Of a stretch of DNA of 64,000 nucleotides, positions 45,301-62,360 are shown piece after piece; position 1 is the stretch's first letter; each line of letters starts with the position of its first letter. Source of the DNA: Eledone cirrhosa (taxonomy: Eukaryota); NCBI GenBank assembly GCA_964016885.1, contig OZ024748.1:35836001-35900000 (forward strand). The letters run 5' to 3'. A program made the position numbers and the translations under genes. The notes below the pieces were generated by a model that made no database searches, was not told where the DNA came from, and saw only the letters and a list, made by a program, of their open reading frames with translations.

Positions 45301-48300
45301 TTGAAGGGTTATACAGGACTGACAGTTATGTGGAGACACTGTCTTTGAAGGGTTAGACAGGACTGACAGTTATGTGGCAACACTATCTTTAAAGGGTTAG
45401 ACAGGACTGACAGTTATGTGGGGACACTGTCTTTAAAGGGTTAGACAGGACTGACAGTTATGTTGGGACACTGTCTTTAAAAGGTTAATCAGAACTGAGA
45501 GTTATGTGGGGACACTGTGTTTAAAGGGTTAGACAGGACTGACAGTTATGTGGGGACACTGTCTTTAAAGGGTTAGACAGGACTGACAGTTATGTTGGGA
45601 CACTGTCTTTAAAAGGTTAATCAGAACTGAGAGTTATGTGGGGACACTATCTTTAAAGGGTTAGACAGGACTGACAGTTATGTGGGGACACTATCTTTAA
45701 AGGGTTAGACAGGACTGACAGTTATGTGGGGACACTGTGTTTAAAGGGTTAGACAGAACTGACAGTTATGTGGGGACACTGTCTTTAAAGGGTTAGACAG
45801 GACTGACAGTTATGTGGGGACACTGTCTTTAAAGGGTTAGACAGGACTGACAGTTATGTGGGGACACTGTCTTTAAAGGGTTAGACAGGACTGACAGTTA
45901 TGTGGGGACACTGTCTTTAAAGGGTTAGACAGGACTGACAGTTATGTGGGGACACTGTCTTTAAAGGGTTAGACAGGACTGACAGTTATGTGGGGACACT
46001 ATCTTTAAAGGGTTAGACAGGACTGACAGTTATGTGGGGACACTATCTTTAAAGGGTTAGACAGGACTGACAGTTATGTGGGGACACTATCTTTAAAGGG
46101 TTAGACAGGACTGACAGTTATGTGGGGACACTGTCTTTAAAGGGTTACACAGGACTGACAGTTATGTTGGGACACTGTCTTTAAAAGGTTAATCAGAACT
46201 GAGAGTTATGTGGGGACACTGTGTTTAAAGGGTTAGACAGGACTGACAGTTATGTGGGGACACTGTCTTTAAAGGGTTAGACAGGACTGACAGTTATGTG
46301 GGGACACTGTCTTTAAAGGGTTAGACAGGACTGACAGTTATGTGGGGACACTGTCTTTAAAGGGTTAGACAGGACTGACAGTTATGTGGGGACACTGTCT
46401 TTAAAGGGTTAGACAGGACTGACAGTTATGTGGGGACACTGTCTTTAAAGGGTTAGACAGGACTGACAGTTATGTGGGGACACTATCTTTAAAGGGTTAG
46501 ACAGGACTGACAGTTATGTGGGGACACTATCTTTAAAGGGTTAGACAGGACTGACAGTTATGTGGGGACACTATCTTTAAAGGGTTAGACAGGACTGACA
46601 GTTATGTGGGGACACTGTCTTTAAAGGGTTACACAGGACTGACAGTTATGTTGGGACACTGTCTTTAAAAGGTTAATCAGAACTGAGAGTTATGTGGGGA
46701 CACTGTGTTTAAAGGGTTAGACAGGACTGACAGTTATGTGGGGACACTGTCTTTAAAGGGTTAGACAGGACTGACAGTTATGTGGGGACACTGTCTTTAA
46801 AGGGTTAGACAGGACTGACAGTTATGTGGGGACACTGTCTTTAAAGGGTTAGACAGGACTGACAGTTATGTGGGGACACTATCTTTAAAGGGTTAGACAG
46901 GACTGACAGTTATGTGGGGACACTATCTTTAAAGGTTTCGACAGGACTGACAGTTATGTGGGGACACTGTCTTTAAAGGGTTAGACAGAACTGACAGTTA
47001 TGTTGGGACACTGTCTTTAAAGGGTTAGACAGGAGTGACAGTTATGTGGGAACACTATCTTTAAAGGGTTAGACAGGACTGACCGTTATGTGGGGACACT
47101 ATCTTTAAAGGGTTAGACAGGACTGACAGTTATGTGGGGACACTGTCTTTAAAGGGTTACACAGGACTGACAGTTATGTTGGGACACTGTCTTTAAAGGG
47201 TTAGACAGGACTGACAGTTATGTGGGGACACTGTCTTTAAAGGGTTAGACAGGACTGACAGTTATGTGGGGACACTATCTTTAAAGGTTTCGACAGGACT
47301 GACAGTTATGTTGGGACACTGTCTTTAAAGGGTTAATCAGAACTGAGAGTTATGTGGGGACACTGTGTTTAAAGGGTTAGACAGGACTGACAGTTATGTG
47401 GGGACACTGTCTTTAAAGGGTTAGACAGGACTGACAGTTATGTGGGGACACTATCTTTAAAGGGTTAGACAGGACTGACAGTTATGTGGGGACACTATCT
47501 TTAAAGGTTTCGACAGGACTGACAGTTATGTGGGGACACTGTCTTTAAAGGGTTAGACAGGACTGACAGTTATGTGGGGACACTGTCTTTAAAGGGTTAG
47601 ACAGAACTGACAGTTATGTTGGGACACTGTCTTTAAAGGGTTAGACAGGAGTGACAGTTATGTGGGAACACTATCTTTAAAGGGTTAGACAGGACTGACC
47701 GTTATGTGGGGACACTATCTTTAAAGGGTTAGACAGGACTGACAGTTATGTGGGGACACTGACTTTAAAGGGTTATACAGGACTGACAGTTATGTGGAGA
47801 CACTGTCTTTGAAGGGTTAGACGGAACTGACAGTTATGTGGGGACACTGTCTTTAAAGGGTTAGACAGAACTGACAGTTATGTGGGGACACTGTCTTTAA
47901 AGGGTTAGACAGGACTGACAGTTACGTTGGAACACTATCTTTAAAGGGTTAGACAGGACTGACAGTAATGTGGAGACACTGTCTTTGAAGGGTTAGACAG
48001 GACTGACAGTTACGTTGGAACACTATCTTTAAAGGGTTAGACAGGACTGACAGTTATGTGGAGACACTGTCTTTAAAGGGTTAGACAGGACTGACAGTTA
48101 CGTTGGAACACTATCTTTAAAGGGTTAGACAGGACTGACAGTTATGTGGAGACACTGTCTTTGAAGGGTTAGACAGGACTGACAGTTATGTGGGACACTG
48201 TCTTTAAAGGGTTAGACAGGACTGACAGTTATGTGGGGACACTGTCTTTAAAGGTTTAGACAGGACTGACAATTATGTGGGGACACTGTCTTTGAAGGGT

Positions 48301-48800
48301 TATACAGGACTGACAGTTATGTGGGGACACTGTCTTTAAAGGGTTAGACAGGACTGACAGCTATGTGGGGACACTGTTTTTAAAGGGTTAGACAGGACTG
48401 ACAGTTATGTGGGGACACTGTCTTTAAAGGGTTAGACAGAACTGACAGTTATGTGGGGACACTGTCTTTAAAGGGTTACACAGGACTGACAGTTATGTGG
48501 GGACACTGTCTTTAAAAGGTTAATCAGAACTGAGAGTTATGTGGGGACACTGTCTTTAAAGGGTTAGACAGGACTGACAGTTATGTGGGGACACTGTCTT
48601 TAAAGGGTTAGACAGGACTGACAATTATGTGGGGACACTGTCTTTAAAGGGTTAGAAAGAACAGACAGTTATGTGGGGACACTGTCTTTAAAGGGTTAGA
48701 CAGGACTGACAGTTATGTGGGGACACTATCTTTGAAGGTTTAGACAGGACTGACTGCCAGGCAGTAATGCTAGGACACTGTCTTTAAAGGTTTAGTCTGG
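39318..48800. repeat. 44-bp tandem satellite, about 215 copies
   Basis: Unit aaagggttagacaggactgacagttatgtggggacactrtcttt; no unique spacers. Confidence 0.97.
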
Positions 48801-49151
48801 ACTATATTAACTGGTAGCAATTATGCTAGTTCCAAATATATTTGTAGGTAGCTATCTTGCCATTGACTATATATTTATATGAATAACACCACAAATTTCT
48901 CCAAACTGACGCCAAACTGAAACAATAATGTGATGTTGAATAGGGTGGCCTTTGAACGACTTTACCACTTAAAAGTTTAACAGCTTTTTTGTTTTAACAA
49001 TAATTTTAATTTTCTGTTATTTTTCACTGATTTAATTCGTTAATATATTCTATTTTGAGCTGAATTTTTCTGGTTTAGCAAAAGAAATATTTTTAATTAA
49101 TGTAAACTAAACGATGTAGTCATATTTGAATCTTGAAAGAGATGCCTCACA

Positions 49152-49302
49152 TTTATTCGTCTTCGGTGAACATAGCTTTGGCCAGGATGTGTTGATGTCA
49201 TCAGACGGTGTACAACGTTGGGTTGGTTAGCAGTGGTGGCTAAATTACTGCCCACCTTCGCCTTCTATTTTCCAGTTTATCTCCTCTCTCCTCCTCCAAA
49301 TC
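49152..49302 (-). other. Possible host exon (5' UTR or start-codon exon)
   Basis: Minus-strand tttgcag|G acceptor and AAT|gtgagg donor. All frames are closed in the 5' part; an internal ATG gives MTSTHPGQSYVHRRRIN up to the donor. Confidence 0.3.
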
Positions 49303-50769
49303 CTGCAAACTACATACTTCTGTGGCATTAAGAAATAAATATAATTTTATTATTATTTTTTATATCACAGTTGACAAAACATTAATTTTATCCTGCATTA
49401 ATCGCCCATAAGGAAAAACATTAAAGTAATTAAATAACAACAATAACAAAATACAAGTCGGTTCCTTAACCTTAAATGATCAAAGATTAATTTTTATTTG
49501 TCATGTCCTGCCTCCTAAAAAGTGTCTGCCAAGCCTTCGGCTAAATGATAAAAGTGTCAACTAATGACTGTAGTGAACGTGAATATCGTTAGTGAACGGG
49601 ACAAAGGAATTTAATGTGAAATTAAAGATAAAACAGAGATTAACAAACGACATAAAACAACAGACGAGAAGGAAAATTAAGAAGGGAAACAACCTTTACA
49701 TCATTATATGACATTTCATTATAATTTCAAACTGTTTCCTTTGAAATGAGTTATGATGTAATCATTTAAACGTCAGTTATTTCAAGACACAAAAAAAAAA
49801 TTGAACAAAACAAACACGAAACAGTTTTACACCATTTTGAGTCTTTAGTGTTTCGCGAGGCAGTGAAGCATAATAAAGTGATAAATAATTAATTAAACAA
49901 GCAATTAGACAAAACAAACCATAAATATGACATTTACTTGTGAGTTTTACAAATCAAATGTCAGTTGAAATAATCATAATCATCGTCAGTCAATCGACAT
50001 TCACATAAAAAGATTTCTTTTTAAATAAATATTTTTTGAACCGAAAGAAAATGATATTTATATATTATGTTGTTGTTGTTTAGCCCATGGTCAGGCATGA
50101 TTGATCAGACGTATGATCAAAGGCTCCAGTCACGATCATTTCGTTTTTGCTTTATTATATTAAGGAATTTCTTTCTCTATCCAATGTAACATTCTTTATT
50201 GAAAACAACATTATAGAGTGAATTGAGGGGACTTTAGTTGTTTTCTTCTAGCAGACTGGGCGACTATTTAGATGAGATCTTTACCTGTCACCTCTCAATA
50301 TTTCACGTGTGACATACCCGATCATCAATCTTGGATAAAAGGTGTTCTAATCACATATACCTAATTGATTGAAGTACAAGGTAGCACGCAATATAACAAG
50401 AAGATGAATGTACCTGTCAATACATGTATAGGGAGAAGGTCCTCAGAGAAATAAATATAAACAGATTAGCAACATATATTAGACTACTTCGTTAGGAAAA
50501 GACGACATATTGAGTTAAATCTTGAAATATATACAATTCTATATCTCGTGAATATTGATATAATATGAATATATTGTAATATTGATATCTCATGAATATT
50601 GATATAATATATTAATGTCATGATGGTGTGGGAACCTTTTAGAGAGTGCTAATGGAAATATATAGTTGAACATTGACATGTTATTGTCTGTCTGCCTGTA
50701 TACACACACATTATGTATATATATATACACAACGCACATAAATGTATATATCATACACACACACACATT

Positions 50770-53271
<2,502 letters not shown>

Positions 53272-53956
53272 GCTTTAAAATAAACAGCTTTGTATCATGG
53301 GACCAGGGACAGTTTAAGGCGTTTTGGCATCAAAAGGTTTACCATTCTAGACTTGCTCAAGAATTAAACCCATTTCATATTTATAGAGAAAAAACAAGAT
53401 AAAATCTAAAAAGGTTTTCGTTAGTCATTCCTCAGTTTTACCTGATTTCAAATATGATGTAACGATCACATTCTGATCAATAAAATATACTGTTATGATC
53501 TGAACATTATTAACAGTTCGCAAATAGCACTGCGAATGCATTTATTTAAGGAAGTAATCGATATTTTTCGATTAAAATAATCTGCGAAACTCATTAATAT
53601 TCAAGTATTTTGGATCTGTAGTTGGTTAGAATCTAATTAAAACTCCCTGAATGACAAACAATAATAACAATGTTTAGAACTGCGAAATTGTTGTTTGATG
53701 TTGAAGACAATTTAATAATGATCTATGACGTTAGATGTAGTAGTGACGTCATTGATATAGTTGCGTCATAGATAGATCAATCTGTCGTGATGTGATAAGC
53801 AACGTTAGTGTGATATAGTTGTCACAGTATTTCTCTATGATATACTCAAATTGTCCTGTTAATCATTTAAAACACACCTAAATCTTGATAGGCATTTTTC
53901 TTTTGTTTTTAGTTGTAATTGCATTATATAGTACAGTATCAAAATATTTTATCGTA

Positions 53957-54005
<49 letters not shown>

Positions 54006-54041
54006 ATACATATATACATATATCTCTCTCTATATATGTAT

Positions 54042-54092
<51 letters not shown>

Positions 54093-54141
54093 ATTAAATG
54101 ATATTAAATAAATGGAAACTATATTTGTAAAACCATATTTA

Positions 54142-54199
54142 TTCTATTATATATATTTCAAGGCTACCAAAAACTTTGGTACGCTTTCATCAGATAAAA
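54142..54199 (-). ncRNA. Type I hammerhead ribozyme in 3' pLTR
   Basis: ttttat CTGATGA aag-cg-taccaaa-gtt-tttggta-gc-ctt GAAA tatata TA atagaa. Confidence 0.85.
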
Positions 54200-55178
54200 T
54201 ACAAAGAGTGTTTTATAAATTTTGACATAGCCAAGGAAACATACTTTATCAGTTGAATTTTCCTTGGGTTGAACTACCTATTTATTTATTTATTTATTTA
54301 TTTATCTACATAAAACACAAAATCAACGTCTCTCGGATTCCTTGGGTAAAGAACGGATTTTTCAAACTTATGGATGAGTATGCAAATGAATATGTAAATA
54401 AGGTTGAGTTATATGATTGAAAAACCGTTATTTTAAAAGCTATCGAAAGTTTAGATATATTAGTAAGAGAGAAAGAAAGAAAAAAGAAAAAAGGAAAAGG
54501 AAAAAGAAGACCACTTATATACGTTAATTTGGGGGAAATAAATTTGTATATTTACCTATATTATGTATATATTTATATGGAGAATTATGTTTGTAAGTAT
54601 TTATCTTATAATATTTTAGTGGGTTAAATATATAAATATCTATATATATTTTAATAATAGCATATGTATTTTTATTAAAAAGAATAATTTGCTTATAATA
54701 TGAGTTACGAGGGATGTTGATTTTGTGTTTTATGTAGATAAATAAATAAATAAATAGGTAGTTCAAGTTTTATGTGGTTGTTTTTAATATGAGTTACGAG
54801 GGTCGTTGATTTTGTATTTTATGTAAATAAATAGGTAGTTAAAATTATGAATTTATATATTTGGATAACTTGTTCGGCATTGAGAATATTTTAAATTAAA
54901 GGAGTTAGGTATAAGTTTATATGATTGAAAAAGAAAGATAACTCCAATTTTATTTGTTAATCGATACATTTTTTAAGAGTTAGTGTGAGATTAATTAATT
55001 ATTTAGTCAAAAGAAATATTAATGTTTAAACATCGTCTTGAATAGGATACATTTTCATAAAGTCAGTTAATGGTTATTAATCTACGTTTAAAAAAATAGC
55101 TTTAGAGGGTGTCATTGGAAAAATAAAGAATTAAAAAATTAAGATTAATATTATATAGATATACATAAATACCTATAA

Positions 55179-55246
<68 letters not shown>

Positions 55247-55375
55247 TATGAGAAATTTTTTGCTGAAAGGTGAAAGTACTACAAATATTAGAGATATTAT
55301 GATTTAGAGATATTAATATATGAAAAATTTAAATTGTTAAAAAAGATAGGATAATTTTGAAGATTTATAGGAATC

Positions 55376-57606
55376 CTATAAATTACACATAGTTCTAAAT
55401 GTAGAATTTTGGCGATGTCTGCAAGAATTAAATAATTATGTCCTGAGATTAATAGAGTTTTGACAGTTAAGTATATAAAAAATTTCTTCAATACACAATT
55501 TACAGAATTTTGATAAAGCCATATTTCGGTACGCAGGTGCTTTCGAAATCGTTTTCCGAGATATTGAATAGTCTATATTGTTGCTTTTTAAGTTCCATAT
55601 AAGATGTGAAAGAGAAGTAGAAGATTTTTTTATCAGATCTTCTGAAAGAATGATTATGGTTATTCCAGCGATTTTTAAATTTTGTAGAAGTGGCACCGAC
55701 ATAGTTAAATATATTATCACTAGTTTTAACTGTGCATTTATAGACTACGTTTTTATCTAAACACTTATTTTGTAAAGGGAAGTTTGATTTGATTCTACAG
55801 TTACATTATACGGAGTTGTTGTTGCTCGGAACGGTACTATTATGTTGGATATTGTTAGAAATATTAATATTGCTATTATGGTTATTTTGGTTAGGGTTTA
55901 AATTTAAGTTTCTATTATTAATTCTATTTATATTTTGTGCTATGTTCATAGTAGTAGAGTAGGATAGTTTTATAGTATGTCTGTTAAAGATTGAGTGGTA
56001 TCTGTAGGCTTTAGGAAAACATTTGTCTAGTGCTTTAAATAATAGTTTTGTTAAAGGTGTTTTAACGCTTAATAAGAATGGGGATGAGTACCAAATAATA
56101 TTTCTAGTTCTAGTTCTTTTGTTTGGTTTAGAGTTTAAATTAAATTGTTTATTATTAATATAATTAATACTAGGGTGATTTGCCATGCTATTGTTGTCAA
56201 TGTATTTAATTTTATTCGAATACCCTGCTCTATTTAAAGCTTCATTATAATATTGAGCCTTATCATCAAATATATTTTTATTACCAGAGATGCGTGAAAT
56301 TCGTTGTTGGACACTATTGACAATAGTGTTCTTAATAGATCTAGGATGATTAGAGTTAAAACTTACATAGTTTAGATTCTCATTAATTTTATGGAAAGAA
56401 TAGTAAAGCCCTGTTCTAAGGGTTAATGATACGTCTAAGAAGTTAACGATTTTATAGTTATTCTCTATTTCTAACTTAAGGTTATAATTATTGAAGAATT
56501 GTATTATGGATTTTCTTTTCCTATTAATTTCACAATTACTATGGTTTTCAATTAAAAGCAGCATACCATCACGATATAAACCACCGGTCATCTCTGGTAT
56601 TTTCCTATGCAGTGTATTATTAATAAATAAGCCCACAAGATCCGTTATTTGCGCCGAGTCTGATGATCCCATAGTGATATTAAAATTATTTTTTCTATCG
56701 GCTCTTGTCCAGAGATGATTGTTGAATTCTATTAAAGTTTTCCGTGCTGTTAGAATGATATGCATTTCATCACTAGATAAATCTGTATGTTTAGATGCGT
56801 AGATAAGAGCCCTATTAAGTAAACTAGGAGTAATAGAGGAGTAGTAATTTGCAATATCCATTTGAATTAATGTTTTGTTATGTTTAAATTATTGAACCAA
56901 TCTAGTTGTACCGTTAGTACCGTTCCATAGTTTTAGATAAGATATTTCTTTAAGTTGCTGTATGATTCTATCTAATATATGTTTACTAATTATGCCTAAG
57001 TCTGATTTAGATGGTGCTATAAGTCTGACTGGTAGTTCTATTTCAAAGTTTCTTTTGTGACCTTCAGGTTAATTTTCGGTCTTCTAGGTATAAAGGGTTC
57101 GGTCCTATTTTGGATGCCTAATTTGTGAATTATTTCAGAAGCTTCTTTATTTAACGTTGAAAGATCTTCATTTGTTGTTATTTTGTAGTTTTTTCTGAGT
57201 TCTTTCAATATAAGGTCATTATATTCGTCCTTTTGCATTCCGTATAGATTGTTAGTTTTATCAGATTTTTCGAAGATCTTCTTAGTTTTTTCAAGATTAT
57301 CTATATTATTCTTGAGGCCTTTAAATTGGTTTTTCTTGAATTTAATGTTTTGTATAATAGATATTACTTCATTTTCAAATTCAGTTAATAGTTTGTTGTT
57401 GGGTGGATTCTTCTTAGATTTGAAAATAAGATCGAAGTTGTAACTGGATTTATTTATTTTTTCATCTGATTTTCTATCGAAATGGAAGGCACGCCATCTA
57501 AGTCTTCGTATAAAGGAGTCAGATTTCTCAATGAGTGTTTTAGATATTCCTTATTCTTAGGTAAGGGTACATCTTTTAGAGAGTAAGAAATCCTAAAGAA
57601 TTCCAT
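55376..57606 (-). pseudogene. PLE RT - GIY-YIG polyprotein pseudogene
   Basis: MEFFRISYSLKDVPLP...FIRRLRW, DIANYYSSI, ITMGSSDS, YRDG (catalytic D lost), CNCRIKSNFPLQNKC, YVGATSTKFKNRWNNH, CKLC, SCRH; several frameshifts and TAA stops. Confidence 0.9.
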
Positions 57607-57802
57607 TATTTAGCAATCAGTTATAATTTAAAGTGCTCAACATTAAAGGAACTATTTATAAATAGAAGGGATATTTAATTTGTTGGAAATTCAACAAATA
57701 TAAATGTTTATAACTGATTCAGAGCACTCGACAGATTTCTGGAGTTAATATTGCTAACAAAAGTTTATTGGATCGTATGACACAACCAATAATACACCCT
57801 AC

Positions 57803-57894
<92 letters not shown>

Positions 57895-58309
57895 TGTATG
57901 TATGTATGTATGTATGTATATATATATATAATCAAGGTTTAGCAATTAGAGAAAAGGTTTTGGTCGTTTGAACTGCTGCTATTTTTAGTAGCAGGACATT
58001 AACCTGTCCCCCCTGCTTTCTGTCTTTGCACACGGCACTAGACAAGATTGTTTTTTTATCTCATTCACTCTCATTCGGGAACAGTTTTGTATGGCGCCAG
58101 TTTGTGATTCGAACTCGAGAATTTTATATTCTCCGAGCGAGAAAAGCTTTCTGACGAAGATCTCTTTCTCAATGGAAATCCACTTGGATTATCTGTTTAT
58201 TTTGGGATCATTAAAGGCACATATAGTAAGTACAGTGAACTTTTTGAAATTTATTTTAACATTTTTTCTCTATTTGCTAAACCTTGATTTTATATGTATT
58301 TTTTACATG

Positions 58310-58421
<112 letters not shown>

Positions 58422-58589
58422 GTAAGGTGCATTATTGGTTGTGTCATACGATCCAATAAACTTTTGTTACCAATATTAAGTTCTCCACGCTTTTGTATAT
58501 CTCCAATTCCATATGGGGAACAGAACTCTAGTGAGTGAACATCGTTAGCTTTCCTCCCTCATATCAAAGATTTGAAGACAATTCATTAT

Positions 58590-58663
58590 TCACCTGATGA
58601 GACCAATGATAATCGATCATGACCACACGATCGATCTATCTCTTATTGAAATATGTGTCGTGA
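58590..58663 (+). ncRNA. Type I hammerhead ribozyme (decayed)
   Basis: tcac CTGATGA ..atcgatc..gatcgat.. GAAA tatgtg TC gtga. Confidence 0.65.
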
Positions 58664-58753
58664 TTAAAATGATTGGAAATTTATACCATGCCTTCAGATC
58701 TTTATTTTGATATATGTAGATATGTATATCTATATATTCACATACATACATGC

Positions 58754-58784
<31 letters not shown>

Positions 58785-59269
58785 CACACAAATGGTATGA
58801 AATGAAATTGTCTTGCATGAAATTAAACTGAATTTCTAATATTCCACAAATTGAAACATTTCAAAATAAGATGTATATTTTATCTAATGCATAAATTTAA
58901 ATATATAAACACCACTCTTACTTGCTTAAATTGCTTTATATGGAAGTTATTTTATCTTTTGAAACTGAACTATCTTTTTACTTATTTTCTTTTGATTTTA
59001 ATCTCATCATTGGAATCTTCGTTTCAAGTCTAAAATAAAGTGAAGATTCTTTCTTATTCCTGGATTTCTGATCCAAAGAATCAAGAATTTATTTATTTCA
59101 GAGCAGAAACTATGTTTTTTATTGACGGTTTGATAGGCTTAAAATTAACTCAACCAAAATAATTTGTTCATATCTGATATGAAATATTTTTCAATCATCA
59201 TCAACAGCTCGATTAGATGGTGCACATTTTTAGCAGTACGGGGAGAGGAAGGGTTTGATGGGTGTGTGT

Positions 59270-59543
59270 GAAAACTCAAGGTTGCTGGTTTAACGAACGC
59301 TACCTTAACCATCAGACGACCTTTACATACTCTGGTAAGGGATCGTCCATGAAGTTAGGCAGCCACGTGTGGTCACTCAAGGATGCAGATGTGAATTTCT
59401 CCCTTCAATGGAAAATTCTTAATAAATCCAGGCCACACAGAAATGGAGCAGTGTCCTATAAGTTGTGTATTGATGAAAGAGTGAATATCTTGCAGAAGTT
59501 ACGTAACAGTACTTGCCTGAACACGAGAACTGAGTTTTTATAA
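59270..59543 (+). pseudogene. PLE GIY-YIG endonuclease C-terminal relic
   Basis: FNERYLNHQTTF..LGSHVWSLKD..LQWKIL..KLCIDER..LNTRTEF aligns by eye with the C-terminus of ORF 16881-19283. Confidence 0.75.
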
Positions 59544-59724
59544 TACATATATAAACAAACGTATAAGTATGCACATGCATACACACTGACAAATACTAAC
59601 ATACCCTAACCCTAACCTAACTCTAACCTCAATCGATATTGCAAATAGAAAAAATGTTTAATGTAGAATTTTTCCCTCTTCCTTTCTGTAAAAATATTAA
59701 AAGTATTACATAGTGAGTGAACCG

Positions 59725-59787
<63 letters not shown>

Positions 59788-60200
59788 ATATATGTATATA
59801 TGTATATTTATGTGTGTGTTTATATATATATGACAGAGAGAAAGTGTGTGCGTGTGTGAGAGAGAGAGAGCGAGAGAGAGGAGAGAGAGAGGAGAGCAAT
59901 GGTGAAATGTAAAGATGTTTTTTCTGAATAAAAGAAGGCTTACAGCAGAACACCTACAACAATTCACAATACAATATATACAAACACACACACAGAGACA
60001 CATACACACATACATACACAGAGATACACAAACATACACACACACCGACTCACAGATACACACACATACCTATACATACACATAACCATACATACATATA
60101 TCCACACACACACAAATACAATACAATCGTTTTCACTTAAAAAAATCAAACACACAAAAAACAAGAACTCTTCGCCAATAGCAGAAATCTTGTAAATATA

Positions 60201-60301
60201 CAGGGTGTCCCCCCAAAATGTATGCACAATTTGATTACCTGTACAGGTAATATTTATTAGAATGCTGCTGATGTGTGTATACATTTTTAGGGGACACTTT
60301 G
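60201..60301. mobile_element. Tc1/mariner-type MITE
   Basis: Imperfect TIRs cagggtgtcccc..aaaatgtatgcaca and tgtgtatacatttttaggggacactttg; TA on the left. Confidence 0.6.
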
Positions 60302-60645
60302 TGTAAATGAAACTTTTATAGGTGTAAACCTGGTTCTACATTTTATTGTCTCTAAACAGAACGCTGTCCCCTAGCTTTGTCACAACCAATCATCTTCTTT
60401 CACTATTGACCAATCGTTTATATTCATTAAACATCCGGGGTTTTTTGTACTTCTACCGGAAGTAATCTTTTTTTTTTAGTGTTTATTTTTGGATTTTATT
60501 TTTATTGCTTTTAATGGATTTTGATTGGTTTCACTTTGGTATGTGTGTATGTATGTGGATATATGTATGGTTATGTGTATGTATAGGCATGTATGTGTGT
60601 GGATATATATATATATATATATATACAGAACGAGAGAGAGAGACA

Positions 60646-60683
<38 letters not shown>

Positions 60684-60688
60684 ATAAT

Positions 60689-60902
60689 GGTTTCTTATAT
60701 AGGCACAAGGCCAGCAATTTTGGGGGAGGGGAAAGTCGATTAAATCGACCCCAGTGCGTGACTGGTACTTTATTTTATCGACCCCGTAAGGATGAAAGCA
60801 AAGTTAACCTCGGCGGGATTTGAACTCAGATCATAAAGGGCCGTAACTCTATGCTGCAAAGCATGGCGTCCGATCCTCTACCGATATTGCCAATACGCTG
60901 CC
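60689..60902 (-). mobile_element. tRNA-derived SINE (long form)
   Basis: Same family as 3972-4175, including the gggga..gtcgattaaatcgacc segment. Confidence 0.85.
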
Positions 60903-61398
60903 CTTTGAAGTTATTTTCAAGAAGTTAAATTATTTCTTTCTTGTGAAATTAAAGAATTCTGCTGTGGAGTTTATTTTAATATTCTGTTTACTGTCTGTAG
61001 TATTTGTTTTCGCTCGAATTTTAGTGTGTGTGTGTGTGTATATGCGTGTTTGTATGTGTGTGAACGAGTGTTTGTGTATGTTCGTGTGTGGGTGTGCGTG
61101 TGGACGTATGTGTCTGAGCGTGTATGTGAACGTGTGTGTGCGTGAACATATGTGTGTGAACGTGTGTTTACAGGTGCGTGTATGAACGCGTGTGTGTTTG
61201 TGTGTGTGTGTGTATATGAGTGTGTGAGTGTGTGTGTGTGTGTTTGAGTGTGTGTATGGATTGGTTGGTGGAGAGGTTTTTAAACACTAGTTATTTTGAT
61301 TCTTTAAAAAAGGTAAAAAATATCTTTTTTCTTACAAATTAATCTTTTTTATTCAGACTGAAAAAACTTATTCGAAACAATTAAATTGGTAACTCTCC

Positions 61399-61528
<130 letters not shown>

Positions 61529-61569
61529 TATTGAAGTTTCCGTTGAAAATTGAAAAAGTCATAGGAGTG

Positions 61570-61700
61570 AAGAGTGCTCTATGTAAGTACCAGAGCAAAA
61601 TTTAATGTATAATAAACAATACAATATAATTACCTCATTACCAGAGGTTTCCCGAATAAGACGAATACGAAAAACGTCCTCATTCGTTCGTCGGACAAGG
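61570..61700 (-). ncRNA. Degenerate HHR plus bulged hairpin (PLE end)
   Basis: CCGACGA acgaatgaggacg...cgtcttattcgg GAAA cctc-tggtaat-gagg TA; hairpin gctc-tg..ca-ta-gagc at 61576-61596. Confidence 0.6.
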
Positions 61701-62360
61701 CAATTTAAAACATAGCGAGGCACGTATAAATATATATACATCGCCCCATGTATATCTAATCACACGTACGTACGCGACAATATATATATATATACACATA
61801 TACATACACACCCATACATATACATATATACACATATACATACACATACACATACATTCACACGCATACACACACACGTAAAAATAAGAATGTAAAAACA
61901 TCGATATAAAAAAAACAACCTAGATATAACCCCCCCCCCCCAACAGATATAAAAACACACATACACACACATATATATACGTACGCACACACACATACGG
62001 AGGCGTTCGTATACATATACAGAACGTATACACACATAAACACATTCAGACGCATAGATACAGATTATAAATCAGCCATATGAATAAATGAGTACAAATA
62101 TAAAATCGGCTGCGAAACAACAGAATATATCTGGAGTGGAAAACGCAAGTGACATGTGATATCAGTTAGTGAAAGAAAATGGGGAAGTAAAATGTGGAAT
62201 GTGAAGATATTAGGTAAGTGAATCGAAAAGTAGGGGGGGGATTTACTGGTGGATGTGAAGTAAAAATAAAAATAAAATTAAAAATAAAGTTAAAAATGAA
62301 AGTAATTCAGAAAGAGAAGTCTGTAAAGAGGATAATTTAAGGAAAGTGAAGAATAAGAGT

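Larger units (their letters stand above)
54090..57752 (-). mobile_element. Decayed Penelope-like element, second Naiad-type family
   Basis: 5' leader with hairpin at 57726-57745, broken ORF, 3' UTR and 3' HHR; ends in (TA)n. Confidence 0.88.

Noticed and set aside
39318-48800. CRISPR-like array
   Set aside because: Contiguous 44-bp monomers with no unique spacers, no cas genes and a eukaryotic context.
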